The translations under genes were made by a program, and so were the position numbers. From assembly GCF_009914755.1 (NCBI RefSeq), contig NC_060931.1: DNA of 64,000 nucleotides. The stretch is one strand, 5' to 3'. The notes beneath the pieces are model-generated. The model saw only the letters and a program-made list of their open reading frames with translations. It did no database searches and was not told the origin of the DNA. Source of the stretch: the human T2T-CHM13v2.0 reference genome, Homo sapiens. Below are positions 41,731 to 55,100 of the stretch, in pieces (within the stretch, counting starts at the first letter, position 1; every line of letters begins with the position of its first letter).

Positions 41731-44700
41731 CGTTTACATTACATGCCTATGCATTCGATTCCAATCATTTTGATAACATTTTGTTCCAGTCCATTCCATT
41801 CTTTTTCATTCCATTCCAGTCCATTCCATTCAATTCTATTCCATTTGATTCATTTCCACTCAATTGCATTCCTTTCCATTCCATTGTCTTCCATTCTATT
41901 CCATACCATTGCACTCCTTTCCATTCCATTTGATTACATTCCTTTCAAATCCATTCCATTCAAATCATTTAGATTGCAATCCTTTACATTCGAGTCCGTT
42001 CTTTTCCATTCCATTCCATTCCAGTGCATTCTTTTTGATTCCATTACATTTGATTCCATTCCATACTATTACATTCGATTCGATTCCATTCTTTGAATAT
42101 ATTCCGTTCGAGACCATTCCTTTTGTGTCCATCCTACTTGAGTCCATTCCATTCGAGTCCATTACATTCGGGTCCATTCCATTCCATTCCATTCCATTGC
42201 ATTCCATTCCATTCCATTCCATTCCACTGCATTCCATTCCATTGCATTCGATGTCATTCCATTCCATTGCATTCGATGTCATTCCGTTCAATTCTATTCC
42301 TTTCGAATTCATTCCTAATCCGTTCCATTCCATTCATTGCCTTTCCATTGAATTATATTCCATTCAAATCCATTCAATTCAATTCCGTTCCATCCAATTC
42401 CATTCCATTCCATTCCATTGCATTCCATTCCATTCCATTCCATTCCATTCCTTTCCAATCTTTTCCTTTGTATTTGTGTCCATTCCACTCCAGTCCATTT
42501 CATTCAATTCCATTCCTTTTGCTTCCATTCCATTCGACTCCATTCTATTCGAGACCATTCTAATCCAGTGCGTTATTTTCTATTCTGCTCAATTCCAATC
42601 TGTTCAATTCCATTTTGTTCCAGACCATTCCATTTCAGTCCATTCCATCCGATTCCATTCCTTTAGATTCCATTCCACTCGATTCTACTCCGTTCCATTT
42701 TATTGAATTCCATTCTATTCCATTCCATTCCATTTGGTTGCATTCCATTCAATACCATTCCATTCGAATGAATTACATTTCAATCCATTACATTTGAGTT
42801 GGTTCTATTCCATTCCATTCCATTCCAGTCGATTCCATTTGGATGCATTCCATACTATTGCATTGCTTTCGATTCCATTCTATTCGAATAAATTCCATTC
42901 GAGACCATTCCTTTCCAGTCCATTCCATTTCTGTCTATTCTGTTCGAGTCCTTTACATTTGGTTTCATTCCATTCCATTCCATTCAATGCCATTCCACTG
43001 AATTCTATTCCATTTGAGTCCATTCCATTCGATTCCATTCCATTCCATTCCATTATCTTCGATGTCATTCCATTGTATTGTGTTCCATTTGACTCCATTC
43101 CATTCCACTCCTTTCCATTAGATATCTTTTCATTCCTTTCCATTCCATTCTATCCCTTTCGATTTCATTAACTTCAATTCTTTGATTCAGTTCCATTTGG
43201 TTCCATTCCATTATACTCCATTCCAATCATGTCCATTCCATTCGATTCCATTCCATCGCATTCCATTCCAATGCATTCCATTTGATTCCATTCCGTTCCA
43301 TTCCATTATATTCGATGCCATTCCATTGTATTGTGTTCCATTTGACTCCATTCCATTCCATTCATTTCCATTAGATATCTTTTCTTTCCTTTCCATTCTA
43401 TTCTATCCCTTTCGATTCCATTAACTTCAATTCTTTGATTCAGTTCCATTTGGTTCCATTCCATTATATTCCATTCCAATCATGTCCATTCCATTCCATT
43501 CCATTCCATTCCATCGCATTCCATTCCAATCCATTCCATTCGATTCCATTCCATCCCATTCCATTCCATTCCATGCCATTCCATTCAGTTTGATTCCAAT
43601 CCGATCAATTCCATTTTTTTCCATTCCAATCCATTCGAGTCAATTCCATTCCTGTGCATTCCATTGAACTCCATTCCGTTTGATTGCATTCCATTCAATT
43701 CCATTCCATTCGATTCTATTCCTCTATATTCTGTGCAGTTCCATTCCATTGCATTCCGTTCTGTTCCATTCCATGGTATTCCATTCCATTCCATTTGATT
43801 TCATTACATTCGATTCCATTCCTTTCAACTCAATTACATTACATTCTGTTACATTGAAGTCCTTTCTATTCCACTCCAATCAATTCTAGTCCATTCCTTT
43901 CGATTCCAGTTCTTTCGATTCAATTCATTACTATTGTATTCCTTTTGATTCCATTATATTTGAATAAATTCCTTTCGTGACCATTATTTTCAAGTCCATT
44001 ATATTTGAGTCCATTCCATTCGAGTCCATTACATTTTTTCCATGCCATTCCATTCCAGTCCTTTCGATGCCATTCCATTCGATTCTGTCCAATCGAGTCC
44101 ATTCCATTCGAGTCCACTCCATTCCTTTCCATTCCATCTGATGCCATTCCATTCGATTCTATTCCATTCGACTCCATTCCTTTCCATTCCATTCCATCCT
44201 ATTCCATTCCATTGTATTCCATTCCTTTCCACTCTTTTCCACTCCATTCATTTCCTTTCCATTCGAGTCCAATCCTCCCCAGTCCATTTCATGCCAGTCC
44301 ATTCCATTCCATTCAATTCCATTCGAATCAACTCCATTCCATTCTTTTCCATTTGATATCTTTCCATTAAACTCCATTCGATTCTATTCCTTTCGATTCT
44401 ATTCAATTCCATTCCATTCGATTCCATTCCATTCGATTTCATTCCATTCGACTCGAATCCATTAGAGTCCATTGCACTCCATTCGATATTTTTCCTTTAC
44501 ACTCCATTCCATTCTTTTCTTTTCATTTCCTTTCCATTCCATTCCATTCTAATCGGTTCCTTTCAATTTGACTCCATTCCTTTCGAGTCCATTCAATTCC
44601 ATTCCATTCCACTCTGTTCTGTTCGATTCCAATATGTTTGATTCCTTTTTCTTCCAGTCCAATCCATTCGAGCCCATTCCATTCCAGTCTATGCCATTCG

Positions 44701-44842
44701 ATTCTCATAACATTCGATTCCATTCCATTTGATTCCAGTCCATGCTTTCAATTCCATTTCATAAGATTCCATTCCATCTCATTCCACTCCACTCGATTCC
44801 TCTCCGTTCCCCTTTATTGCATTCCATTCTATTCCATTCCAT
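41731..44842 (-). repeat. Decamer-free, highly diverged CATTC satellite of a different HSat3 subfamily (HSat3A / DYZ1-like vocabulary)
   Basis: Seen: abrupt loss of ACTCGGGTTG after 41730 and appearance of TTCGAGTCC, GAGACCATTC (42110, 42551, 42901), TTCGATTCC and GATATC. The subfamily label is an inference from remembered motif usage, not a search. Confidence 0.8.
43020..43535 (-). repeat. 253-bp tandem duplication within the divergent island
   Basis: GATATC at 43121/43374. ATTAACTTCAATTCTTTGATTCAGTTCCATTTGG is present in both copies. Confidence 0.9.
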
Positions 44843-44850
44843 TGGAATGG
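44834..44850. other. Strand-switch junction 2 (CATTC -> GGAAT)
   Basis: CCATTCCA-T-TGGAATGG, an inverted repeat centred on T44842. Confidence 0.97.
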
Positions 44851-47800
44851 AAAGGAATGGACTGAAATGGAATGGAATGGAATTCAATGGAATGGAATCA
44901 GCCTGAGTGGAAAGGAATGGAATGACATGGAATGGAATGGAATGGAATGGAGTCAAATGGAAGTAAATGCAATGGAATAGAATGGAATGGAGTGGAATGG
45001 AATGGAATGGAGTGGAATGGAATGGAATGGAATGGAATGGCATGGAATGGAATGGAATGGAATGAACCCGACTAGAATGGAATGGAATAGAATGGAAAGG
45101 AATGTAATGGAATGGAATGAACCCAAGTGGAATATGATGGAATGGAATGGAATTGAGTGGAAAGGAATGGAATGGACTGGCATGGAATCAACCCTAGTGG
45201 ATTGGAAGGGAAAGGAAAGAAATGGAATGGAATGTAGTGGAGTAGAAAAGAATGGAATACAATGGAATGGAATCAACTCGAGTGGAATTGTATGCAAAGA
45301 AATGGAAAAAACTGGGATGGAATCAAACCGACTGGAAAAATGGAATGGATTGGAATGGAATGGGATTGAATCAACAGGAGAGAAATGGAATGGAATGTAA
45401 TGGAATGGAGTGGAGTGGAATGGAACTGAGTGGAGTGGATTGCAATGGAATGGAATGGAATGGAATGGAGTGGAGAGGATTGGAATTGAATGGGATGGAA
45501 TGGAATGGAATGGAATCCACATGACTGGGATGGAATGGAATGGAATGGAAAGGAACGGAATGAAACGGAATGGAGTGGAATGGAATGGAATGGAAGGGAA
45601 TCAACCCGAGTGGAATGGAATGGAAAGGAATGGGATGCAAAGGAATGGACTGGAATGGAATGAATTGGAATGGAATGGAATCAAACCGAGTGGAATGGAA
45701 TGGAATGGAATGGAATGGAATGGAATGGAATGGATTGGAATGGAATGGAATCAACCAAAATGGAATGGAATGGAATGGATTGGAATGGAATGGAATCAAC
45801 CAAAATGGAATGGAATGGAATGGATTGGAATGAAATGGAAGGGAATGAAAGGGAAAGGGATTGAAGGCAATTAACCTGAGTGGAATATAATGGAACGGAA
45901 TGGAAAGTAACGGAATGTAATGGAGTGGAATGGAATGGAATAAACTCGAATGGAAAGGAATGAATTGGAATGGAATGGCATGGAATGAAGTAGAATGGAA
46001 TTTAATGGAATCAACCAGAGAGGAATAGAATGGAATGGAATGGAATAGAGTGGAAAGGAACGGAATGGAATGGAATATAGTGGAAAGGAATGGAATGGAC
46101 TGGAATGGAATCAACCCAATAGGAATGGAATGGAATGGAAGGGAATACAATGGAAAAGAATGGAAGGGAATCAACACGATTCGAATTGAACGGAATGGAG
46201 TCAACCGGAATGGAATGGAATGGAATGGAATGGAATGGAATGGATTGGAATGGAATGGAATGGAATGAAATGGAATCAACCAGAGTGGAATGGAACGGAA
46301 TGGAACGGAATGGAACGGCATCAACCCGAGTGGAATGGAATGGAATGGATTGGAATGGATTGGAATGCAATGGAATGGAATCAACCAGAGTGGAATGGAA
46401 AGGAATGAAATGGAACGGAATGGAATGGAATGAACCCGAGTTGAATGGAATGGAATGGAATGAAAAGGAATGGAAAGGAATGGAACAAACTAGAATGGAA
46501 TGTAATTGAATGGAAAGGAATGGAATGGAATGGAATCAACACAATTGGAATGGAATGGAAGGGAATGGAATGGAATGGAATGGAATGGAATGGAATGGAG
46601 TGGAATGCAATGGAATAAAGTGGAATCGAGTCAACCTGACTGGAAATCAGTGCAATGGAATGGGATGCAATGGAATGCAATCAACAAGAGTCGAATGGAA
46701 TGGAATGGAATGGAATGGAATGGAGTGGATTGGAATGGAATGCAATGGAATGGAATGGAATGGATTCAACCCGAGTGGAATGGAATGGAATGGAATGGAT
46801 TGGAATGGAATGGAATCAACCAGAGTGGAATGGAATGGAATGGAATGGATTGGAATGGAGTGGAGTGGAATGGAATGAAAAGGAGGGGAGTTGAATTGGA
46901 TGAAAAGCAATGGAATGGAAAGAGTGGAGTGGAATGGAATGGAATGGAATGGAATGGAAAGCAATGGGATGAAATGGAATGCAATGGAATGGAATGGAAT
47001 GGAATGGAATGGAATGGAATGGAAAGCAATGGGATGAAATGGAATGCAATGGAATGGAATGGAATAAAAGAGAGTGGAATGGAACGGAATGGAATGGAAT
47101 GAAATGGAATGCAACTGAATGAAACGGAAAGGAATGGAATGGAAAGGAGTGGAAAGAAATGGAAAGGAATGGAATCAACACGAATGAAATGGAATGGAGT
47201 GGAATGGGATGGAATGGAATGGAATGGAATCAACACGAGTGGAATGGAATGGAAGGGAATTGAGTGGAATGGAATGGAATGGAATCACCTCGAATGGAAT
47301 GCAGTGGAATGGAATGGAATGGAAACGAATGGAATGGAATGGAATGGAATGGAATGGAATGGATTGGAATGGAATGGAATGGATTGGAATCAACCCGAGT
47401 GGAATTGAATGGAATGGAATTTAATGGAATGGAATGGAATGGAATGCATTGAAATCAACCCGAGTGGAATTGAATGGAATGGAATATATTTGAATGGAAT
47501 GGAATTTATTTGAATGGAATGGAATGGAGTGGAATGGATTGGAATGGAAACAATCCGAGTGCAATGGAATGAAATGGATTGGAATGGAATGGAAAGGAGT
47601 AGCATGCAGTGGAATGGAATGGAATGGAATGGACTCAACCTGAGTGGAATGGAATGGAATGGAATGGAATGGAATGGATTGGAATGGAATGGTATCTACC
47701 AGAGTGGAATGGAATCGAAGGGAATGGAACAGAATCGAATGGAATGGAGTCAAACCAAGGGGAATAGAATGGAACGGAATTCAATGGAATGGAGTGAAGT

Positions 47801-48669
47801 GGAGTGGAATGGAATGGAATGGAATGGATGGGAATGGAATGGAATAAACCGAATTGGAATGGAATGAAATGGAAAGGAATGGAATGGAATAGTGTGGAAA
47901 GTTAGGGAATGGACTGGAAGGGAATCAACACGAGTGGAATGGAACGCAATGGAGTGGAATGGAATGGAATGCAATGGAATTGAATGGAACGGAATCAACA
48001 CGAATGGAATCGAATGGATTAGAATGGAATTTAACGGAATGGAATCACCGTGAGCGGAATGGAATGGAATGAAATGGAATGGAAAGGAATGGAATGGAAT
48101 AGCGTGGAAAGGAATGGAATGGAATGGATTGCAATGGAATGCAGTAGATTGGAATGGAATGGAATAAACCAGAGTGGAATGGAATGGAATGGAATGGAAT
48201 GGAATAAACCCAAGTTGAATTCAATAAAATGGAATGGAATGGAATGGAATGGAATGGAATGGAATGGAATGGAATGCAATGGAGTGGAGTGGAATGGAAA
48301 GGAAAGGAGGGGAGTGGAATAGGATGGAATGGAATGAAATGGAAAGTTTGTAGTGGAATGCAATGGAATGTAATGGAAAGGAATGGGATGAAAGGGAATG
48401 GAATGGAATGGATTGGAATGAACACGAGTGGAATGGAACGGAATTGAATGTAATGGAATGACGCAGAATGGAGTGGAATGGAAGGGAATCAAGGCAAGTG
48501 GAATGGAATGGAATGGAATGGAGTGGAGTGGAATGGAACGGAATGAAATGGAATTGAGTGGAATGCAATGGAATGGAATGGAATAAAGCCGAGTGGAATG
48601 GAATGAAATGGAATGGAATAGAATGGAATAGAAAGGAATCAACCCGAGTGGAATGGAATGGAATGGAAT
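44843..48669 (+). repeat. HSat3 array, GGAAT orientation, decamer-containing, strongly diverged (~3.8 kb)
   Basis: (GGAAT)n with CAACCCGAGT variants and many substitutions. Small 45-bp duplication (CAACCAAAA at 45752/45797). Confidence 0.96.
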
Positions 48670-48680
48670 CAATTCCATTC
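48660..48680. other. Strand-switch junction 3 (GGAAT -> CATTC), paralogous to junction 1
   Basis: ...GGAATGGAAT|CAATTCCATT... The flanks match those of junction 1. Confidence 0.96.
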
Positions 48681-49189
48681 CATTCCATTACATTTTATTC
48701 CATTCCTTTACATTCAACTCGGGTTGATGACATTGAATTCCATTCCTTTCCCTTACTGTTAATTCCATTCCATTCAATTCCATTTGCTTTGATTCCATTC
48801 CACTCCATTCCATTCCATTCCATTCCATTCGGGTTGATTCCATTCCATTCGAATCCATCTAATTCCATTCTACTGGCTTTGATTCCATTACATTCCATTC
48901 CAATGCATTCCAGTCCATTCCACTCGGGTAGATTATATTTCATTGCATTCCATTCCATTCCGTTCCATTCCATTCCATTCCTTTCCATTGCATTCCATTC
49001 CATTCCAATCCATACAGGTTGATTTCATTCAACTGCATTCAATTCCCTTTCAATCCATTCCATTCGGATTGATTCCATTGCATTTGATTCCATTCCATTC
49101 CATTCCATTAGTGTTTATTCCATTCCATTGCATTCCATTGCATTCTATTGCATTGCATTCCATTCCATTCCATTCCATTCCATTCCATT

Positions 49190-52100
49190 CCATTCCATTC
49201 CACTCGGGTTTATTCCATTCCTTTCCAATCCATTCCATTCCATTCTAATCCTTTTCACTCGGGTTGATTCCATTCCATTCCTGTCCATTCCATTCGATTC
49301 CTTTCCATTCCATTCCATTCCATTCCACTCGAGTTCATCCATTTCCATTCTATTCCATTCCATTCCATTCCATTCCATTCCATTCCACTCCACTCCACTT
49401 GGGTTAATTCCTTTCCATTATATTCCTTCCCTTTCCATTCCATTCCATGCCATTCCATTGCAATCCATTACATTAAATTCGGTTTTATTCCATTCCATTC
49501 CATTCCATTCCATTCCATTCCATCCTATTCCATTTGACTCGGGTACATTCCATTCCATTCCATTCCATTCCATTCCATTCGACTCCTTTCCATTCCATTC
49601 AATTAAATTCCATTCCATTCAATTCCAATCCATTCCATTCCATTCCACTCTGGTTCATTCCATTCCATTCCATTCCATTCCATTCCATTCCATTCCATTC
49701 CATTGCATTCTATTCCATCCATTCCATTCAAGATGATTCCTTTCCATTCCATTCCAATGCATTCCATTCCATTCCATTCCATTCCATTCCATTCCATTGC
49801 ATTCCATTCCATCCATTCCATTCGAGATGATTCCTTTCCATTCCATTCCAATGCATTCCATTCCATTCCATTCCATTCCATTCTATTCCATTCCATTTCA
49901 TTCCTTTCCGTTCCATTCAATTCAATTCCATTCCATTACATTCAGGTTGATTCCATTCCATTCTGTTCCATTCAATTCCTTTCCATTCCAATCCGGATGA
50001 TTCCTTTCCATTTCATTCGATTCCATTCCATTCCCTTGCATTCCATTCCAACCTGGTTGATTCCATTCCATTCCATTCCATTCCACTCTGTTTGATTCCA
50101 TTCCATTGCATTCCATTCCATTCCATTCGATTCCATTCCATTCCATTCCATTGCACTCAGGTTCATTTCATTCCATTCCATTCAATTCCATTCCATTCCT
50201 GTCCACTCCCATTGCATTCCACTCGTGTTGATTCCATTCCATTCCATTCCATTGCATTCCATTCCATTCCATTCCATTCCATTCCATTCCATTCCATTCC
50301 ATTGCATTCCATTCCATTCCATTCCATTCCATTCCATTCCATTCCCTTCTGTTTGACTCTATTCCATTCCATTCCATTCCATTCCATTCGGGTTGATTCT
50401 ATTCCATTCCATTCCATTCCAATCCATTGTATTCCATTTCATTCCATTCAATTCAATTCCATTCCATTCCATTCGATTCCATTCTAATCGGGTTGATTCC
50501 ATTCCATTCCATTTTATTCCATTACTTTCCATTCCCATCCATTCAGGTTGATTCCATTCCATTGCATTCCATTCCAATCCATACCATTCCATTCCATTCC
50601 ATTCCAATGCATTCCATTCTATTCCATTCCATTCCATTCCGTTCCATTCCATTCCATTCCATTCAGTTCCATTCCATTTCACTCGGGTTGGTTCCATTCC
50701 ATTCCAATCCATTCCTTTGCATTCTATTCCACTCAGGTTGATTCCATTCGGTTTGATTCCATTCCCTTCCATTCCACTATATTCCATTCCATTACCTCCC
50801 ATTCCATTCAATTCCATTCCACTCCATTCCACACGTGTTGAATCCATTCCTTTCCATTCCATTCCATACCATTCCATGCCACTCAGGTTGATTCCTTTCC
50901 ATTCCATTCCATTGCATTCGATTCCATTGCATTCCATTCGGGTTGATTCCATTCCATTGTATTCCATTTCATTCCTTTCCATTCCATTAAATTCCATTCC
51001 ATTCCATTCCATTCCATTCCCTTCCATTCAATTCCAATCTGGTTGATTCCATGGCTTTCCATTCCATTCCATTCCATTCCTTTGCATTCCATTCCACTCC
51101 ATTCCATTCCAATCCATTTTATTCCATTCCATTCTAATTCATTCCATTACATTCCATTCCACTCGGGTTGACTCCATTCCATTCCATTGCATTCCATTTC
51201 ATTTCACTTCAATCCATTCCATTCCATTTCATTCCATTCCAATCCATTCAATTCTTCCCATTCCATTCCACACGGGTTCATTCCATTACATTCAGTTGCA
51301 TTCCATTCCATTCCATTCCGTTCCATTCCATTCCATTCCATTCCATTCCATTGCATTCCATTCCATTCCATTCCATTCCATTCCATTCCATTCCATTCCA
51401 TTCCATTCCATTCTATTCCATTCCATTCTATTCCATTCCATTCTATTCAATTTCATTGCATTTCACTCGGGTTGATTCCTTTCCATTCCATTCCATTCCT
51501 TTCCTTTCTACTCGTGTTGATTCCATTCCTTTCAATTAAATTCGATTCCATTACACTCCATTTCATTCCATTCCATTGCATTCCACTCGGGTTGATACCA
51601 ATCCATTCCATTTTATTCCATTCCATTAGAATCCATTCCATTCCATTCCATTCCATTCCATTACATGCCATGCCATGCCATTCCATTCCATTCCATTCCA
51701 TTCCATTTAATTCCATTCCATTCGTGTTTATTCCATTCCATTCCACTCCATTCCATTCCATTCCATTCCACTAGGGTTGATTCCATTCCATTCCATTTTA
51801 TTCCATTCCATTCCATTCCATTCCATTCCATTCCATTCCACTCAGCTTGATTCCATTCCATTCCATTCTATTCCATTCCAATCCATTCCAATATATTGCA
51901 TTCCATTCGCTTCCATTCTGGTTAATTCCACTCCTTTAAATTATATTCCAATCCATTCCGTTCTATACCATTCAATTTCATTCCATTCCATTCCACACGG
52001 GTTGATTCCATTGCATTCCATTCCATTCCATTCCATTCCATTCCATTCCATTCCATTCCACATGGGTTGATTCCTATCAATTCCATTCCATTCCATTCCA

Positions 52101-55100
52101 TTTCATTGCCTTCCATTCCATTCCGATCTGGTGGATTCTATTCCATTCCATTCCATTCCATTACATTGCATTACATTCACATTGATTCCAATCCATTCCA
52201 TTATAACCCAGTACATTCCATTCGAATCCGGTTGATTCCATTCCATTCCACTCCATTCCATTCCATTCCATTCCATTCCATTCCATTCCATTCCATTCGT
52301 GTTTATTCCATTCCATACTATTCCATTCCATTCCCTTCCATTCGGATTTATTCCAATCCATTCCATTCCTTTCCGTGACATTCCATTCCACTCTCGTTGA
52401 TTCCATTCCATTCCATTCCATTCCATTCCATTCCATTCCATTCCATTCCATTCTATTCAATTTCTTTCCATTCCACTAGGGCTGATTCCATTCCATTCCA
52501 TTCCATTCCATTCAATTCCATTCCTTTCCTTTCTACTCGTGTTGTTTCCATTCCTTTCAATGAAATCCGATTGCACTCCACTACATTACATTCCATTCCA
52601 TTGGATTCCACTCGGGTTGATTCCAATCCATTCCATTTTATTCCATTCCATTCCATTCCATTCCATTCCATTCCATGCCATGCCATGCCATGCCATTCCA
52701 TTCCATTCCATTCCATTCCATTCCGTTCAGTTCCATTCCATTAGTGTTTATTCCATTCCATTCCATTCCATACCATTCCATTCCATTCCAATCGGGTTGA
52801 TTACATTCCACTCCATTTTATTCCATTCCATTCCATTCAATTCCATTCCACTGAGGTTGATTCCATTCCATTCCATTCCATTCCATTCCATTCCAATCCA
52901 TTCCAATACATTCCATTCCATTCCCTTCCATTCTGGTTGATTCCATTCCATTAAATTCTATTCCATTCCATTCCATTTCAATCCATTCCATTCCATTCCA
53001 TTCCTCACAGGGTGATTGCATTTCATTGCATTCCATTCCATTGCATTCCATTCCATTCCATTCCATTCCATTCCACATGGGTTGAATCCTTTCAATTCCA
53101 TTCCATTCCGTTCCACTTCATTCCCTTCCATTCCATTCCGATCTGGTGGATTCCATTCCATTCCATTCCATTCCATTCCATTCCATTGCATTGCATTCCA
53201 TTAGCGCTGATTCCAAGCTATTCCGTTATAACCCATTACATTCAATTAGACTCCAGTTGATTCCATTCCATTCCAATCCATTCCATTCCATTCCATTAAA
53301 TTCCATTCGTGTTTATTCCATTCCGTACTATTCCATCCTATTCCCTTCCATTCGGATTTATTCCATTCCATTCCATTCCTTTCCATGACATTCCATTCCA
53401 TTCCATTCTACTCTCGTTGATTCCATTCCATTCCATTCCATTCCACTATGGTTGATTCCATTCCATTCCATTCCATTCCATTCCATTCCACTCCATTCCA
53501 TTCCATTCCATTCCATTCCATTCTTTTGCATTCCATTGTACTCCATTCCATTCCATTGCATTCCATTTGGGGTGATTCCATTCCATTCGTTTCCATTCCA
53601 TTGGGATTGATTCCATTCCATTCGATTCCATTCCATTCCATTCGGGTTGATTCCATTGCATTCCACTCCATTCGAATGCATTCCATTCCATTCCATGCCA
53701 TTTCATTCAATTCCATTCCATTCCACTGGCATTGAATCCATTCCATTGCATTCCATTGCATTTCATTCCATTCCATTCCATTCCATTCCACTCGGGTTTA
53801 TTCCATTCCTTTCCAATCCATTCCATTCCATTCCATTCCATTCTAATCCTTTTCACTCGGGTTGATTCCATTCCATTCCTGTCCATTCCATTCGATTCCT
53901 TTCCATTCCATTCCATTCCATTCCACTCGAGTTCATCCATTTCCATTCTATTCCATTCCATTCCATTCCCTTCCATTCCATTCCATTCCACTCCACTCCA
54001 CTTGGGTTAATTCCTTTCCATTATATTCCTTCCCTTTCCATTCCATTCCATGCCATTCCATTGCAATCCATTACATTAAATTCGGTTTTATTCCATTCCA
54101 TTCCATTCCATTCCAATCCATCCTATTCCATTTGACTCGGGTACATTCCATTCCATTCCATTTCATTCCATTCCATTCCATTCGACTCCATTCCATTCCA
54201 TTCAATTAAATTGCATTCCATTCAATTCCAATCCATTCCATTCCATTCCACTCTGGTTCATTCCATTCCATTCCATTCCATTCCATTCCATTGCATTCTA
54301 TTCCATCCATTCCATTCGAGATGATTCCTTTCCATTTGATTCCAATGGATTCCATTCCATTCCATTCCATTCCATTCCATTGCATTCCATTCCATCCATT
54401 CCATTCGAGATGATTCCTTTCCATTCCATTCCAATGCATTCCATTCCATTCCATTCCATTCCATTCCATTCCATTCCATTCCATTCCATTTCATTCATTT
54501 CCGTTCCATTCAATTCAATTCCATTCCATTACATTCAGGTTGATTCCATTCCATTCTGTTCCATTCAATTCCTTTCCATTCCAATCCGGATGATTCCTTT
54601 CCATTTCATTCGATTCCATTCCATTCCCTTCCATTCCATTCCAACCTGGTTGATTCCATTCCATTCCATTCCATTCCACTCTGTTTGATTCCATTCCATT
54701 CCATTCCATTCCATTCCATTCCATTCCATTCCATTCCATTGCACTCAGGTTCATTTCATTCCATTCCATTCAATTCTATTCCATTCCTCTCCACTCCCAT
54801 TGCATTCCACTCGTGTTGATTCCATTCCATTCCATTCCATTCCATTCCATTCCATTCCATTCCATTCCATTCCATTCCCTTCTGTTTGACTCTATTCCAT
54901 TCCATTCCATTCCATTCCATTCCATTCCATTCCATTCGGGTTGATTCTATGCCATTCCATTCCATTCCAATCCATTGTATTCCATTTCATTCCATTCAAT
55001 TCAATTCCATTCCATTCCATTCCATTCCATTCTAATCGGGTTGATTCCATTTTATTCCATTACTTTCCATTCCCATCCATTCGGGTTGATTCCATTCCAT

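Noticed and set aside
41731-44842. Calling the island HSat2
   Set aside because: It has scattered CATTCGATTC but is still CATTC-dominated and lacks the regular GATGATTCC-type ~23-26 bp HSat2 pattern.
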